Sequence record: PQ898399.1
DNA: 64,000 nt
Strand: one strand, 5' to 3'
Of the stretch, positions 54,901 through 63,675 are shown in pieces; the stretch's first letter is position 1, and every line of letters begins with the position of its first letter. The notes beneath the pieces are model-generated. The model did not search any database. It was not told where the DNA came from and was given only the letters and a program-made list of their open reading frames with translations. The translations under genes and the position numbers were made by a program.

Positions 54901-57135
54901 TTACTGGTTATTGCCAGCGTTGTTTCGTTGTGCTCTTAACTGATTACGCAAATCCAGGCTGGATTTAGCATGTTGCTGTAACAGGTTCAGGTTATGAGCT
55001 AGGCTCATCTTCTCCTGTTCACCCTGCTGATTCATAGCAACTAAAGCTAATTGGTCATCACCTTTCTGCTTAGCCAGTTCCAGTTGTTGCTGGTGTTTAA
55101 CCCCATTCTGCGTTTGCAGGAAGTCGAGGTTATTCTTATCAGCAGTAGACTGAATCTGTGCGGCACGAGCCTGTTCAACACCAACTTTAGTAGCATTGAG
55201 ATCGCCTTTAGTACCAGCTTCACCAGCTTGAGACAGCGTAAGCTGAATCTGTGCCTGGAGCAGTTGGATCTGGAGCATCTGCATTTGCTGCTGCATTGGA
55301 TCAGGTTGAGGCTGGAAGTCCATAATCTGCTTACGCAGGTCAGGCATCTTACGCAGACGTGCAATCTCACCCAGGATGAGTTGCTTAAACCCAAAGTCGA
55401 TATCGCCCATAGTTTGAAGCATAAATGCCAGGTCTTGTGCCTGTTGCTCATCTGCCTCAGCAGTGGAGATAGTTACCTTGAGGTCAAACTCACCTTTCAG
55501 ATCGTCACGACGTACCGGTACAAACTGGTCTTCGGTAACACGTACAACTTCTTCTTCGTCAAGCCAGACAGCATTCATGGCAATGACTTTACGAGCTACC
55601 TTAACCAAACCAGTAGATAAACGACGCAGAATACCCATCTCACGCTTCGAGGCTGCATCCAATGCACCACGTACAGCAGTAGCTGTGTCACCCAGGGATG
55701 AGCCATCAATACCAGTGGTAGCAAAAGCTTTCACCCCGGTAAGTGATTCAGCATCCGAGTTCATCATGGCTACCATGAACTGAGCAGAGCTTGGGATCTC
55801 AGGGAAGGTGTGCGTATAGATACCCGCCTGTGGGTTCATGCCTGGGTTGTACTCATAGTCTTCACCCTGCTGGAACTTTTTCTTGTTCGCAGCATCCAGC
55901 ATGTTCTTAGCGAACGCTGTCTGGGAGTTAGCAGACTTACCGAGCAGGTCAATCATCCCACGGGTAACCGCACCGACAATATCCTGGTTATCTTTCAGAA
56001 GTTCAGCATCTGGTTCGCCGTATACGGATTTACGTACTGGCAGGTATTGAACCAGAACAAACGGGAGTTCACGATCCGGGAATGGGTTCTCTTCCATTCG
56101 GATACAAACATCCCCTACCCAGGTTGCTACGATTGGAGTAAGAGTACCACTACCATCAATATCCCAATATCCCCAATACTCGTAAGCAACAATTCTTTTG
56201 CGTGATTCACCCGCTGGTTGAAAGTCCGGGGCAGTGTTGGGCTGAAAGTCTGGTGCTGATAAAGGCGATTGATTAGAGACATTGATTTTCTCCAGGTTTT
56301 TGTAGCGACCTTCTGCTTTGAGTTCAGCGAGTGAAGTCTCGAAGCTGTAAATAATAAAATTAGCTTTATTCAGGTCGCCGTTACATGACGGATCGATATA
56401 CAGGTTAGCCAGACGGCACACTTCAATAGTCGGCTGGTTTTTAACAACCTTAACCTGCTCTACCATTTCAACGCCTGTTACTACAAAACGGATCGGCTGT
56501 TGAGTTTGCTTAAATTGATTATAACCATCCTGCAACTCCTGTGGATAATTTAGGAGTTGTACCGGATCGGTCTGCTCAATCTGAGCCATCTGCTGATAAA
56601 TCTGTACGACGCTATAGTCATAGACATAGCTGTAGACAGGCTGAGGCACAGTCTCAATGACTTCCTCATAATCCCAACCAGTACGAAGAACAACCGTACC
56701 ATCATCGACTGCTGCACGAACGTACTCATCGATTAAGGCCACACGGTCAATCTTGTTAGTGAATTGCATATTCAGAATGAGTTCATTCTGCATTGCACCC
56801 TTCTTATCTTCCCAGGTTACCGGGGTAACTTTGAATAGATCCGGGGTAGATAAGAATGGTTCAGACAGGGCAGAGTAACGCCACTCAGCCTGTTTACGGA
56901 CGAGTTTAGGCTGAACCTTTGATTGGCCTTTTTGTGCCTTTGGTGCTGCTTTGCCAGTACCGTTCTTGTAGTCAGCCCATTCAGTAACTTTCGTCATCTG
57001 TGTATCATGGGAAGACTTACAACTGTCCAGGTCTTGTTTAAGCAAAGCTAAACGTGGTTCCTGAACCCAGTCGGTAAGACGTGGCACCTCGACCCCCGGC
57101 AACATTTGAACATCATCTGGGGCAGAATTGTCCAT
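54901..57135 (-). CDS. portal protein (N4 gp59-like)
   Basis: LTDW..EP, VQPKL.RKQAEWRYSALSEPFL, ATAVRGALDAASKRE.GILRRL. Confidence 0.95.
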   Translation of the reverse strand: MDNSAPDDVQMLPGVEVPRLTDWVQEPRLALLKQDLDSCKSSHDTQMTKVTEWADYKNGTGKAAPKAQKGQSKVQPKLVRKQAEWRYSALSEPFLSTPDLFKVTPVTWEDKKGAMQNELILNMQFTNKIDRVALIDEYVRAAVDDGTVVLRTGWDYEEVIETVPQPVYSYVYDYSVVQIYQQMAQIEQTDPVQLLNYPQELQDGYNQFKQTQQPIRFVVTGVEMVEQVKVVKNQPTIEVCRLANLYIDPSCNGDLNKANFIIYSFETSLAELKAEGRYKNLEKINVSNQSPLSAPDFQPNTAPDFQPAGESRKRIVAYEYWGYWDIDGSGTLTPIVATWVGDVCIRMEENPFPDRELPFVLVQYLPVRKSVYGEPDAELLKDNQDIVGAVTRGMIDLLGKSANSQTAFAKNMLDAANKKKFQQGEDYEYNPGMNPQAGIYTHTFPEIPSSAQFMVAMMNSDAESLTGVKAFATTGIDGSSLGDTATAVRGALDAASKREMGILRRLSTGLVKVARKVIAMNAVWLDEEEVVRVTEDQFVPVRRDDLKGEFDLKVTISTAEADEQQAQDLAFMLQTMGDIDFGFKQLILGEIARLRKMPDLRKQIMDFQPQPDPMQQQMQMLQIQLLQAQIQLTLSQAGEAGTKGDLNATKVGVEQARAAQIQSTADKNNLDFLQTQNGVKHQQQLELAKQKGDDQLALVAMNQQGEQEKMSLAHNLNLLQQHAKSSLDLRNQLRAQRNNAGNNQ

Positions 57136-57205
57136 CGTGTCCTCTACTTATGGTGAAAATAACTTCACCCATTATTGTCAAATAAACCAGAAAGGAAACC
57201 TTTCA

Positions 57206-57745
57206 ATGCAAACTACCTTTGAAAAAGTTGCTGCACTCAATCTCGCTTTCGGAAATGAAAAGGGCGACTTAGCTAATCCTAACGTAAAAGCTATCAGAAA
57301 GCAGGCTATGCTCTGCCTTGAAGAAGCTGTAGAGATGGTTGAAGCTGCATTTCCTGGGCGTAAAATTACGATTCAGATTGATGATAAGCACTTGGTAGAT
57401 GGTATTGATACCGTTGCTATCATGGATGCTCAAGGTGATCTCACTACCGTTAATGACGGTGTAGCTCATATCTCAGGCTTCGATGGTAATGAAGTGTATC
57501 AGTTAGTGCATGACTCCAACATGTCTAAGTTCATCTCCAGTGAAGAAGATAAAATTAAAGCACTGGCTTATTACTATGAACTGGGCTTCCAGCCAGACGA
57601 CCTGTATCTGCACGGTAGCTACCCTACCATGTGCATTAAAGTTCGCCGGGATATCCGTCTGAACGGTAAGTTCTACCCGGAAGGAAAGTTCTTGAAAAAC
57701 ATGGTCACTTTTAAAGAACCAGATTTTTCTAATCTTTTACCGTAA
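57206..57745 (+). CDS. MazG-like all-alpha NTP pyrophosphohydrolase
   Basis: EE..E.VEA...D..GDL..V; V..SNMSK; GK.LK. Confidence 0.75.
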   Translation: MQTTFEKVAALNLAFGNEKGDLANPNVKAIRKQAMLCLEEAVEMVEAAFPGRKITIQIDDKHLVDGIDTVAIMDAQGDLTTVNDGVAHISGFDGNEVYQLVHDSNMSKFISSEEDKIKALAYYYELGFQPDDLYLHGSYPTMCIKVRRDIRLNGKFYPEGKFLKNMVTFKEPDFSNLLP

Positions 57746-58083
57746 AGCGGTTGCATGTCCGTAAGGTGTAAGGTATTAATTATTACAGCTACTGACATGG
57801 CGACCTTACAGGAGGTGATCTCATCTCCGAACCCAGCTACGGTTACTGGGAAAGCTCCCCTTCGGGGGAGCACCTTTTATAAACCTGAATACATTGAAAC
57901 CAGTGTATTGATGCTTATAGCGGGTGCTGCGTGCTTAGCGATAAGACTGCCATTTTCCATTTTGGAACGAGATACGTACAACCAGGGCAGTGACCCTGAA
58001 CTGCATGAAGGCTTAAAAACTGGAGTGCTCTGGAACCAGAACCAGATTACCGAACTCGGAGTTGCCCCCTGCTTTATGGGGGC

Positions 58084-58189
58084 TTATTAATTAGGACACT
58101 CAGCATTGAACAGGCTCATACCCTAATCTCAGTGTGTAGAAACAACCTCGGCAAAGGTTGCCCCAACTACAGAGTGTCTTAATTAATAA
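58084..58189 (+). ncRNA. candidate three-way-junction RNA directly upstream of tRNA-Asn
   Basis: 18-bp closing stem (17 WC + 1 G-T); inner gcattga/tcagtgt and caacct/aggttg helices. Confidence 0.55.
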
Positions 58190-58264
58190 GATGGGATAGC
58201 TAAACGGTGAAGCGGTAGACTGTTAATCTATGATAGCTGGGTTCGAGTCCCAGTCCCATCGCCA
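58190..58264 (+). tRNA. tRNA-Asn(GTT)
   Basis: gtaga-CTGTTAA-tctat, CCA. Confidence 0.93.
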
Positions 58265-58269
58265 AATTT

Positions 58270-58344
58270 GGTACTATAGTTCATCGGTTAGAATACTCCC
58301 CTGTCACGGGAGCGAGCCGGGTTCGATTCCCGGTAGTACCGCCA
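58270..58344 (+). tRNA. tRNA-Asp(GTC)
   Basis: ctccc-CTGTCAC-gggag, CCA. Confidence 0.95.
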
Positions 58345-58349
58345 AATAT

Positions 58350-58431
58350 GTGAGTGTGGCTGAACGGTTGAAAGCGGCAGACTGTAAATCTGTTATCCCA
58401 CATGGTGGTTCGAATCCATCCACTCACACCA
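58350..58431 (+). tRNA. tRNA-Tyr(GTA)
   Basis: gcaga-CTGTAAA-tctgt, CCA; variable region unpaired. Confidence 0.9.
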
Positions 58432-58437
58432 AACATT

Positions 58438-58514
58438 GCCGAGTACCCCGTAAGAAGGGATGTTCTTCCTGAGAAGGATTGCTACATAAGGTTCATAGCC
58501 TTTATTCGGCTCCA
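58438..58514 (+). ncRNA. degenerate tRNA-like RNA (77 nt)
   Basis: 7-bp acceptor gccgagt/attcggc + T + CCA; aagg-TTCATAG-cctt T-arm; weak anticodon stem around CTGAGAA. Confidence 0.6.
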
Positions 58515-58521
58515 ATTTTAT

Positions 58522-58597
58522 TGGGGTATAGCCAAGTGGTTACGGCACCGGTCTTTGATATCGGCATTCTCTGGTTCGAATCCAGATACCCCATCCA
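58522..58597 (+). tRNA. tRNA-Gln(TTG)
   Basis: ccggt-CTTTGAT-atcgg, CCA. Confidence 0.93.
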
Positions 58598-58600
58598 AAT

Positions 58601-58678
58601 TACCCGGTAGGCTTAATGGTTAAGACGCCCCCAGAACTTAAGACTGGGATACAGGTTCGAATCCTGTCCGGGTAACCA
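58601..58678 (+). tRNA. atypical tRNA, 9-nt anticodon loop (TAA or TTA reading)
   Basis: tacccgg/ccgggta acceptor, perfect T-arm, cccag-AACTTAAGA-ctggg, 2-nt variable region. Confidence 0.7.
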
Positions 58679-58680
58679 AT

Positions 58681-58786
58681 TTCAGAGTGTAACGGTAAAT
58701 CCAACGGTCGGATGTGCGAATCGCGCGATAGCTGCCAATGTACTTGAGGTAAACCCGTACAAGGTTAGGATCCTCACTCTGAACCA
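58681..58786 (+). ncRNA. tRNA-like structured RNA with CCA end, homologous to 1334-1430
   Basis: tcagagtg/cactctga + ACCA; agg-TTAGGAT-cct T-like arm; 76/97 identity to T4-side copy. Confidence 0.82.
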
Positions 58787-58812
58787 ACTCCCTTCAAACC
58801 AGAGTAACAATC

Positions 58813-59058
58813 ATGTTCCCCGATCCTATTGATGAATTCCTTGATGCCGTGGATACGGTAGACCTCTGTATTGCTATGGCAAAAAAGTATAACGAACCCG
58901 TTGACGATAAGCTCAGATGTTGTAGTCTGCTTATAGCAAAACGAATTCATACCCCTCAGATACGTGACATGTTTATCAACCTCGGTTACGAGAAGATACC
59001 AGCCGTATTCTGGGCGATGATGAAAAATCAGTTAGAAGTTATCAAAGCTGGTTTATAA
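58813..59058 (+). CDS. hypothetical protein
   Basis: ORF track. Confidence 0.6.
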   Translation: MFPDPIDEFLDAVDTVDLCIAMAKKYNEPVDDKLRCCSLLIAKRIHTPQIRDMFINLGYEKIPAVFWAMMKNQLEVIKAGL

Positions 59059-59244
59059 GTTCCCGTCGTTACGCCGCCGTGCGTTATGGTTGGAAACACC
59101 CGACAAGGTGCATTAACCGCGAGGACTCATGAAGTACAACATTGCGGTATATAAATAGGTGAGTCTGCCTGAGTAAGGGATACGGAGCTATCAACTCCAG
59201 TCTGCAAAGTAATCTTGTGTATCCCGAACTGCAAAGCCTGGAAT

Positions 59245-59268
59245 AGCCCCACTTCGGTGGGGCTTTTT
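59245..59268 (+). terminator. cUUCGg terminator
   Basis: agccccac-TTCG-gtggggct + tttt. Confidence 0.85.
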
Positions 59269-59281
59269 CCATTAAGGAGCT

Positions 59282-59413
59282 ATGATGCCTTACGCATACG
59301 AAGTCACTGATCGCCGTGGTAAGAAATACCTGGTGTTCGCTAACTCTGTCGAACATGACAATGCAGTCTTGTTTGGCTATTCCCTCAAACCTCTTTATGA
59401 GAAACCAGAATGA
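59282..59413 (+). CDS. small hypothetical protein (43 aa)
   Basis: AAGGAG RBS; ATGA overlap with next gene. Confidence 0.7.
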   Translation: MMPYAYEVTDRRGKKYLVFANSVEHDNAVLFGYSLKPLYEKPE

Positions 59414-59778
59414 CAACTGTTACCAAAGAGTCCATTAAAGAAAAAATTAAATCGGTCTACTATCTCAATGCTGGCGCAGCACTGGCGATGATGGATAAGA
59501 TCGACGAAGCAGATAAAGCAAACCTCTCTCTGGTTACCATCTGCATCATCATCCTGGAAAACGGCTTCAAGGTTGAAGGCGTATCGGCCTGTGTTGACCC
59601 GGCTAATTACAACGAAGATATTGGCCGTGAATGCGCATATGAAAACGCATTCAATAAGATCTGGGAACTGGAAGGCTATATGCTGCGTCAGTCTCTGCAC
59701 GAAAAAGCCGAAAGCCAGGCAATGCTGGCATCGTTCGCTGAGAACAATAAGTGCGAAGGTGGTGGTTGTACCATCTAA
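59410..59778 (+). CDS. Phage gp49/gp66-family (PF13876-like) protein, candidate Acb4-type nucleotide sponge
   Basis: T.C...L.NGF.V.G.SAC..P.N....IG...A..NA..KIW.LEGY family motif. Confidence 0.7.
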   Translation: MTTVTKESIKEKIKSVYYLNAGAALAMMDKIDEADKANLSLVTICIIILENGFKVEGVSACVDPANYNEDIGRECAYENAFNKIWELEGYMLRQSLHEKAESQAMLASFAENNKCEGGGCTI

Positions 59779-59782
59779 AAAT

Positions 59783-59808
59783 TAAGCCCCTCAATGAGGG
59801 GCTTTTTT
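59783..59808. terminator. bidirectional terminator between converging genes
   Basis: aagcccctc-aat-gaggggctttttt. Confidence 0.8.
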
Positions 59809-59809
59809 A

Positions 59810-60712
59810 TTATACGAATCCTTTCTGTTGGAACTTACTTCCGTGGTTGCCAACTGGCTCTACCCCCGCACCCTGGTCTTGCAGTAACTGACAAGCTGAC
59901 AGGTATTTGGTGTAGTAGTTGTTCCCTTCATGGAACCCTTGCTGAACGCCCTGCATGTTAGGGTTGAACTTCCGGGATGCGATGTAGTACAGGATAGCCT
60001 GGAGATATTCCATAGGCACATCCAGGAAAATACGATCCGGGAAGTAAGTACCATCATCAGCAACTTTCTTCAGGCGTTTAGCAGTCGCACGATAAACAAT
60101 ACGTAGCGTCTGTGGTTCCAGATCATCAGGTACACGAATTGTATTGTAAGCCTGTAGCTGGATAACACGTCCGTTGCGTGGCACATCGTTAGGCGTACCG
60201 TATGGGTGACGACGAGTGACGATAGTACCCGGCTCATCCAACGTGTTCACATAACGCTTCTGTTTGCAGCATTCGCACATGTTATCAAACTGGTTTTGAC
60301 TGATGATCTTGTTGCCGCAGCCACAGGTACGCCCCACTGCGTGAGGCTCCCCTGTGTCTACGCCGATTGGCATTTCCCTGCCTGCACAGTCATAGATCTC
60401 ATAAATTTCCTGGAGATCATCTTCAAAGATATCCCCAGTAGAAGTGGTAAGGTAATTACCACCCTGGAGTTTACTTTGCTTATTGGCTACCGAGTTATCG
60501 ATAACATATACCGTCTGCCCTTTGCAGGTTCGGAGGAAGACCTCTTTACGTTTAATCCAGAAACGAGAAGAGATATCAGCCATTGCTGCATTAAGCAGGA
60601 CGATAATCTTGTTGACGGTGGCAATGGAAAACTCACCGTCTGCTGCCCAACCTGTCTGGGAGAATTCCCCGATCAGCAGGTTGTCGAGCACATCCTGTAA
60701 TCTGAGTTTCAT
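59810..60712 (-). CDS. N4 gp67-like virion protein
   Basis: GEFSQ, LN.A...I.SRF, YL.AILYY.ASR; adjacent to terminase. Confidence 0.8.
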   Translation of the reverse strand: MKLRLQDVLDNLLIGEFSQTGWAADGEFSIATVNKIIVLLNAAMADISSRFWIKRKEVFLRTCKGQTVYVIDNSVANKQSKLQGGNYLTTSTGDIFEDDLQEIYEIYDCAGREMPIGVDTGEPHAVGRTCGCGNKIISQNQFDNMCECCKQKRYVNTLDEPGTIVTRRHPYGTPNDVPRNGRVIQLQAYNTIRVPDDLEPQTLRIVYRATAKRLKKVADDGTYFPDRIFLDVPMEYLQAILYYIASRKFNPNMQGVQQGFHEGNNYYTKYLSACQLLQDQGAGVEPVGNHGSKFQQKGFV

Positions 60713-60718
60713 AGTACC

Positions 60719-62329
60719 TCACACGAGATAGGAGTTGAGGCCACTACCACCCCAACCATCGTCTTGTTGAATATCCCAAATATTACCACTATCGCTGTAA
60801 CTAAGGTTAGCTTCCTCTGAAGGTTTCCATGCCTTCATGTTGGCGAGCATAGACACAGTATCGATAGCGTCATCGTGTTTGGACTTGAAGCCAGCAAGAG
60901 ATGCTTTGGTCAGTTCGTCCATCATCTCAACCAACGGCACCGAGTGTTTCATTTCTTGAGGGAAGTACATCTTACCCGCCTTGAAGAAAGGAACCACTAC
61001 GTTGAAACGCTGCATCTTGTTGGTGTTCGGTCGGATCCCTGGCATGTCAGAGTTATCTTTGGAAGCCAGAGTGAAATAGTTATTACGTGTCATCATCTGT
61101 TCCTGAATCCACGGAATAAACCCGCCCTGCTGCCCGGTAACTTCAATACCTACTGACACTGGTTTGTACTTACTGTTAAGCATAAACAGATCGTCCAGGT
61201 TTTTACCCATGTCCTGTCGCTTACAAATACCGTCTACCCAGAACCAGTCACCGTTATTGTTATAAGCCCAGACCGAGATAAACGAGAAGTCGGCTGCTTG
61301 CTTATCGCTGGTGGCAAAGTCAGTGGTGATGTAGAAGTTGAACATGTGCTTGTTGTTAAGCACAAGCTCACGGCGATACCAGCGAATGTCACTGTCAGCG
61401 ATCAGACGGTCTTCATCGGACATAATTCGAAGCATAAGCTCCTGGTTAAATGTCGCAATCTTCCCGGCCTTCAGTGCTTTGTCATACTGGTTTTTAACGT
61501 ACTTATAATCGAATCGGTCAGGCCAGCTACCCTTAAAGTCTTTCTCGTCACAAGGGAAACGCTCGCATACCGGGTAGACGTTAACAGCCCATGCCCCGGA
61601 TTCTACCGCTTTGTATAGAGGATCCCCTGCGTTAAACGGCGTACCAGACCAAATCATCATGTTACGTTGAGGGTGGAGGGCATATTCAACCGCCTTATAC
61701 ACCGTATCCTCAATCGCACTGATAACGGTAGGGGAACGAGCATCCTCATCCGAAACCAGGTCATCGAGTACAGCAAGACGTGGACGTTTACCCATCTCTT
61801 TCGTACCACGCACCCCGGTCTTCGCACCGTAACCTTTAACGACGAATTTGTTACCCTCGACGTTCTGGAACTCCCAACGGATATCGGTGAACTTGGCTAC
61901 CGGAATATACTTACGCAGGAAGTCAGAGTTCTCGTAACGGAACTCTAAGTTCTTACGCATGTTCTTCACACCGTTATCCACGGAGTCCGATACATACAAG
62001 GCAAGCTCTACAGATCCGAAACCAGGAATCCCACCATAGGTTCCAATATACAGGAACAGGTATTCACCCAGTACCGTCGTTTTAGCAGCACCACGGTGCA
62101 CCATGTTTGCAATCCTGGTTTCCCCGGTACTTACCTGGTCGAGCATCTTGTAGTGCAGCACTGGGGTTTTGTTCTCTTCCCCCTGCCCGCCGTTTACCAT
62201 CTTGATAAACAGCACGAACTCTAACGCAAAGGGCGAAGGCACATAACCCGGATCGTCACTGTAGTCCACGTCAGACAGCCACGCGTCCACTGTCTTGGGG
62301 GTTATCACTTCTGCATTGGTGATATTCAT
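60719..62329 (-). CDS. terminase large subunit (N4 gp68-like)
   Basis: HRGAAKTT, GRGTKEMGKRP-type RP.LAVLDDL, WSGTPFN, TTDFATS, KHDD.IDT.SML. Confidence 0.96.
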   Translation of the reverse strand: MNITNAEVITPKTVDAWLSDVDYSDDPGYVPSPFALEFVLFIKMVNGGQGEENKTPVLHYKMLDQVSTGETRIANMVHRGAAKTTVLGEYLFLYIGTYGGIPGFGSVELALYVSDSVDNGVKNMRKNLEFRYENSDFLRKYIPVAKFTDIRWEFQNVEGNKFVVKGYGAKTGVRGTKEMGKRPRLAVLDDLVSDEDARSPTVISAIEDTVYKAVEYALHPQRNMMIWSGTPFNAGDPLYKAVESGAWAVNVYPVCERFPCDEKDFKGSWPDRFDYKYVKNQYDKALKAGKIATFNQELMLRIMSDEDRLIADSDIRWYRRELVLNNKHMFNFYITTDFATSDKQAADFSFISVWAYNNNGDWFWVDGICKRQDMGKNLDDLFMLNSKYKPVSVGIEVTGQQGGFIPWIQEQMMTRNNYFTLASKDNSDMPGIRPNTNKMQRFNVVVPFFKAGKMYFPQEMKHSVPLVEMMDELTKASLAGFKSKHDDAIDTVSMLANMKAWKPSEEANLSYSDSGNIWDIQQDDGWGGSGLNSYLV

Positions 62330-63006
62330 GCTTTCTCACCCTCAATAAGGCGTCCACCAGCGATCTGCCCGGCAGTCTGAGCACCAGAGCGGATAGTTTC
62401 CTGCTGTGCCTGTACCAGATTACCCACAGCCGCACGCAGAGCATCCAGCGTACCATCGTCCTTGTGGTTGATATCCAATTCAACCTTCTTGGTTTCTGGC
62501 GGCTTAAGGTGGCTCATCAGACTGTTGGCTGCATCACTGCGTACCTTCTCACTGGTAGCAGTCATCATAATCTCAGCCTGTGTCTGCACAGCCTTCCAGA
62601 AATAGTCACGCCCCAGGATATGAACAGGAATCATAGCCTGTTCCATAATCAAGCCTACCAGCTTGTTATTGTGGTAAGCGTGGACGTAACTGGAGATAGC
62701 CTTAGCAGTCGTACCCTTCTGCATGAAGTAGTTATAACGCTCAGGGAACGTCTTGATATACGCATCCTGGTTGTTCAGCCCCATCAGCTTATAGCTGACA
62801 TAGCGTACTGCATCCAGATAGCTTTCCAGCTTGTACTTACCCTCACGCATAACATGAGCATACGTCAGCAGGTTCTCACGATACTGCCCATAGAATGCAG
62901 GGTCACTGATTGCTTTGTTAATATTCTGAAGGACTGTATCTGTCACTGACTTACGTACAGTATCTGGCAGTGCAGCCCTTAACTCATCTATCGTTAACTT
63001 TGACAT
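62326..63006 (-). CDS. terminase small subunit (N4 gp69-like)
   Basis: LT.DEL..ALP, R.N.L.Y..V..EGKYK, SEKVRSDAANSL..HLKPPE. Confidence 0.88.
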   Translation of the reverse strand: MSKLTIDELRAALPDTVRKSVTDTVLQNINKAISDPAFYGQYRENLLTYAHVMREGKYKLESYLDAVRYVSYKLMGLNNQDAYIKTFPERYNYFMQKGTTAKAISSYVHAYHNNKLVGLIMEQAMIPVHILGRDYFWKAVQTQAEIMMTATSEKVRSDAANSLMSHLKPPETKKVELDINHKDDGTLDALRAAVGNLVQAQQETIRSGAQTAGQIAGGRLIEGEKA

Positions 63007-63094
63007 AAGGTATAGGCTCCCTATAGGTTTTAAGCCAGAGTGTAAGACAGTCAGAAAGGTTGGGCAATTTTTATAATTTTTATGAGGAAATTTT

Positions 63095-63379
63095 ATGTTA
63101 GTGGAAGTTATCTATAGTCCACGAAGAGGTTATGGTATACGGGCAAATGGTTTGTTTTATGACTTCCGACATAAACCTTGGCCTCGTGGAAAACGTACAC
63201 CAGAGAGTGACCAGACAGCTATACGCTGGTTCAGGAAAGAATTGTATAACCCTCGTCGTCGTTTACAGCATTATACGGGTAAACCTACCCCAATAGGTTC
63301 TGCTGTAGTGTACAGTCGTGAATCAACGTCTGATGAAAGAGAAGGTAATTGTAGACACCCGGAAAACCGAGTGAGTTAA
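63095..63379 (+). CDS. hypothetical protein
   Basis: GAGGA RBS. Confidence 0.6.
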   Translation: MLVEVIYSPRRGYGIRANGLFYDFRHKPWPRGKRTPESDQTAIRWFRKELYNPRRRLQHYTGKPTPIGSAVVYSRESTSDEREGNCRHPENRVS

Positions 63380-63429
63380 AACTTTTTCAACTTTTTATAA
63401 ATTTTTTAATTTAGGTATGAGGAAACTTT

Positions 63430-63642
63430 ATGTTAATCAGACCGCGTGTGAACACTATCGACATAGATGGCTTAGGGGATTTAGTTATCTCACGTAGCAA
63501 ATCACCATTCATTTTAGACTTAGGCCATGAAAGCGATGTTGAGGTTAAAGTAACTAACTTTAACTTTATCGCTATGTATCAGCGTACTCGTATCGGCAGG
63601 TTTATCTATGCGATGAAGTTCGTATGGAAACACTGTAAGTAG
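63430..63642 (+). CDS. hypothetical protein
   Basis: GAGGA RBS. Confidence 0.6.
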   Translation: MLIRPRVNTIDIDGLGDLVISRSKSPFILDLGHESDVEVKVTNFNFIAMYQRTRIGRFIYAMKFVWKHCK

Positions 63643-63675
63643 TTAACCTCCTGATTATTTTTATAGGTAAATTCT

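Noticed and set aside
57755-58090. 111-aa ORF after the MazG-like gene
   Set aside because: No clear RBS, and a strong cUUCGg hairpin (gctcccc-TTCG-ggggagc, ~57854) lies inside it; not supported as a CDS.
59149-59156. TATAAATA in the N4-like segment
   Set aside because: This genome shows no gp55 system; likely a chance match.
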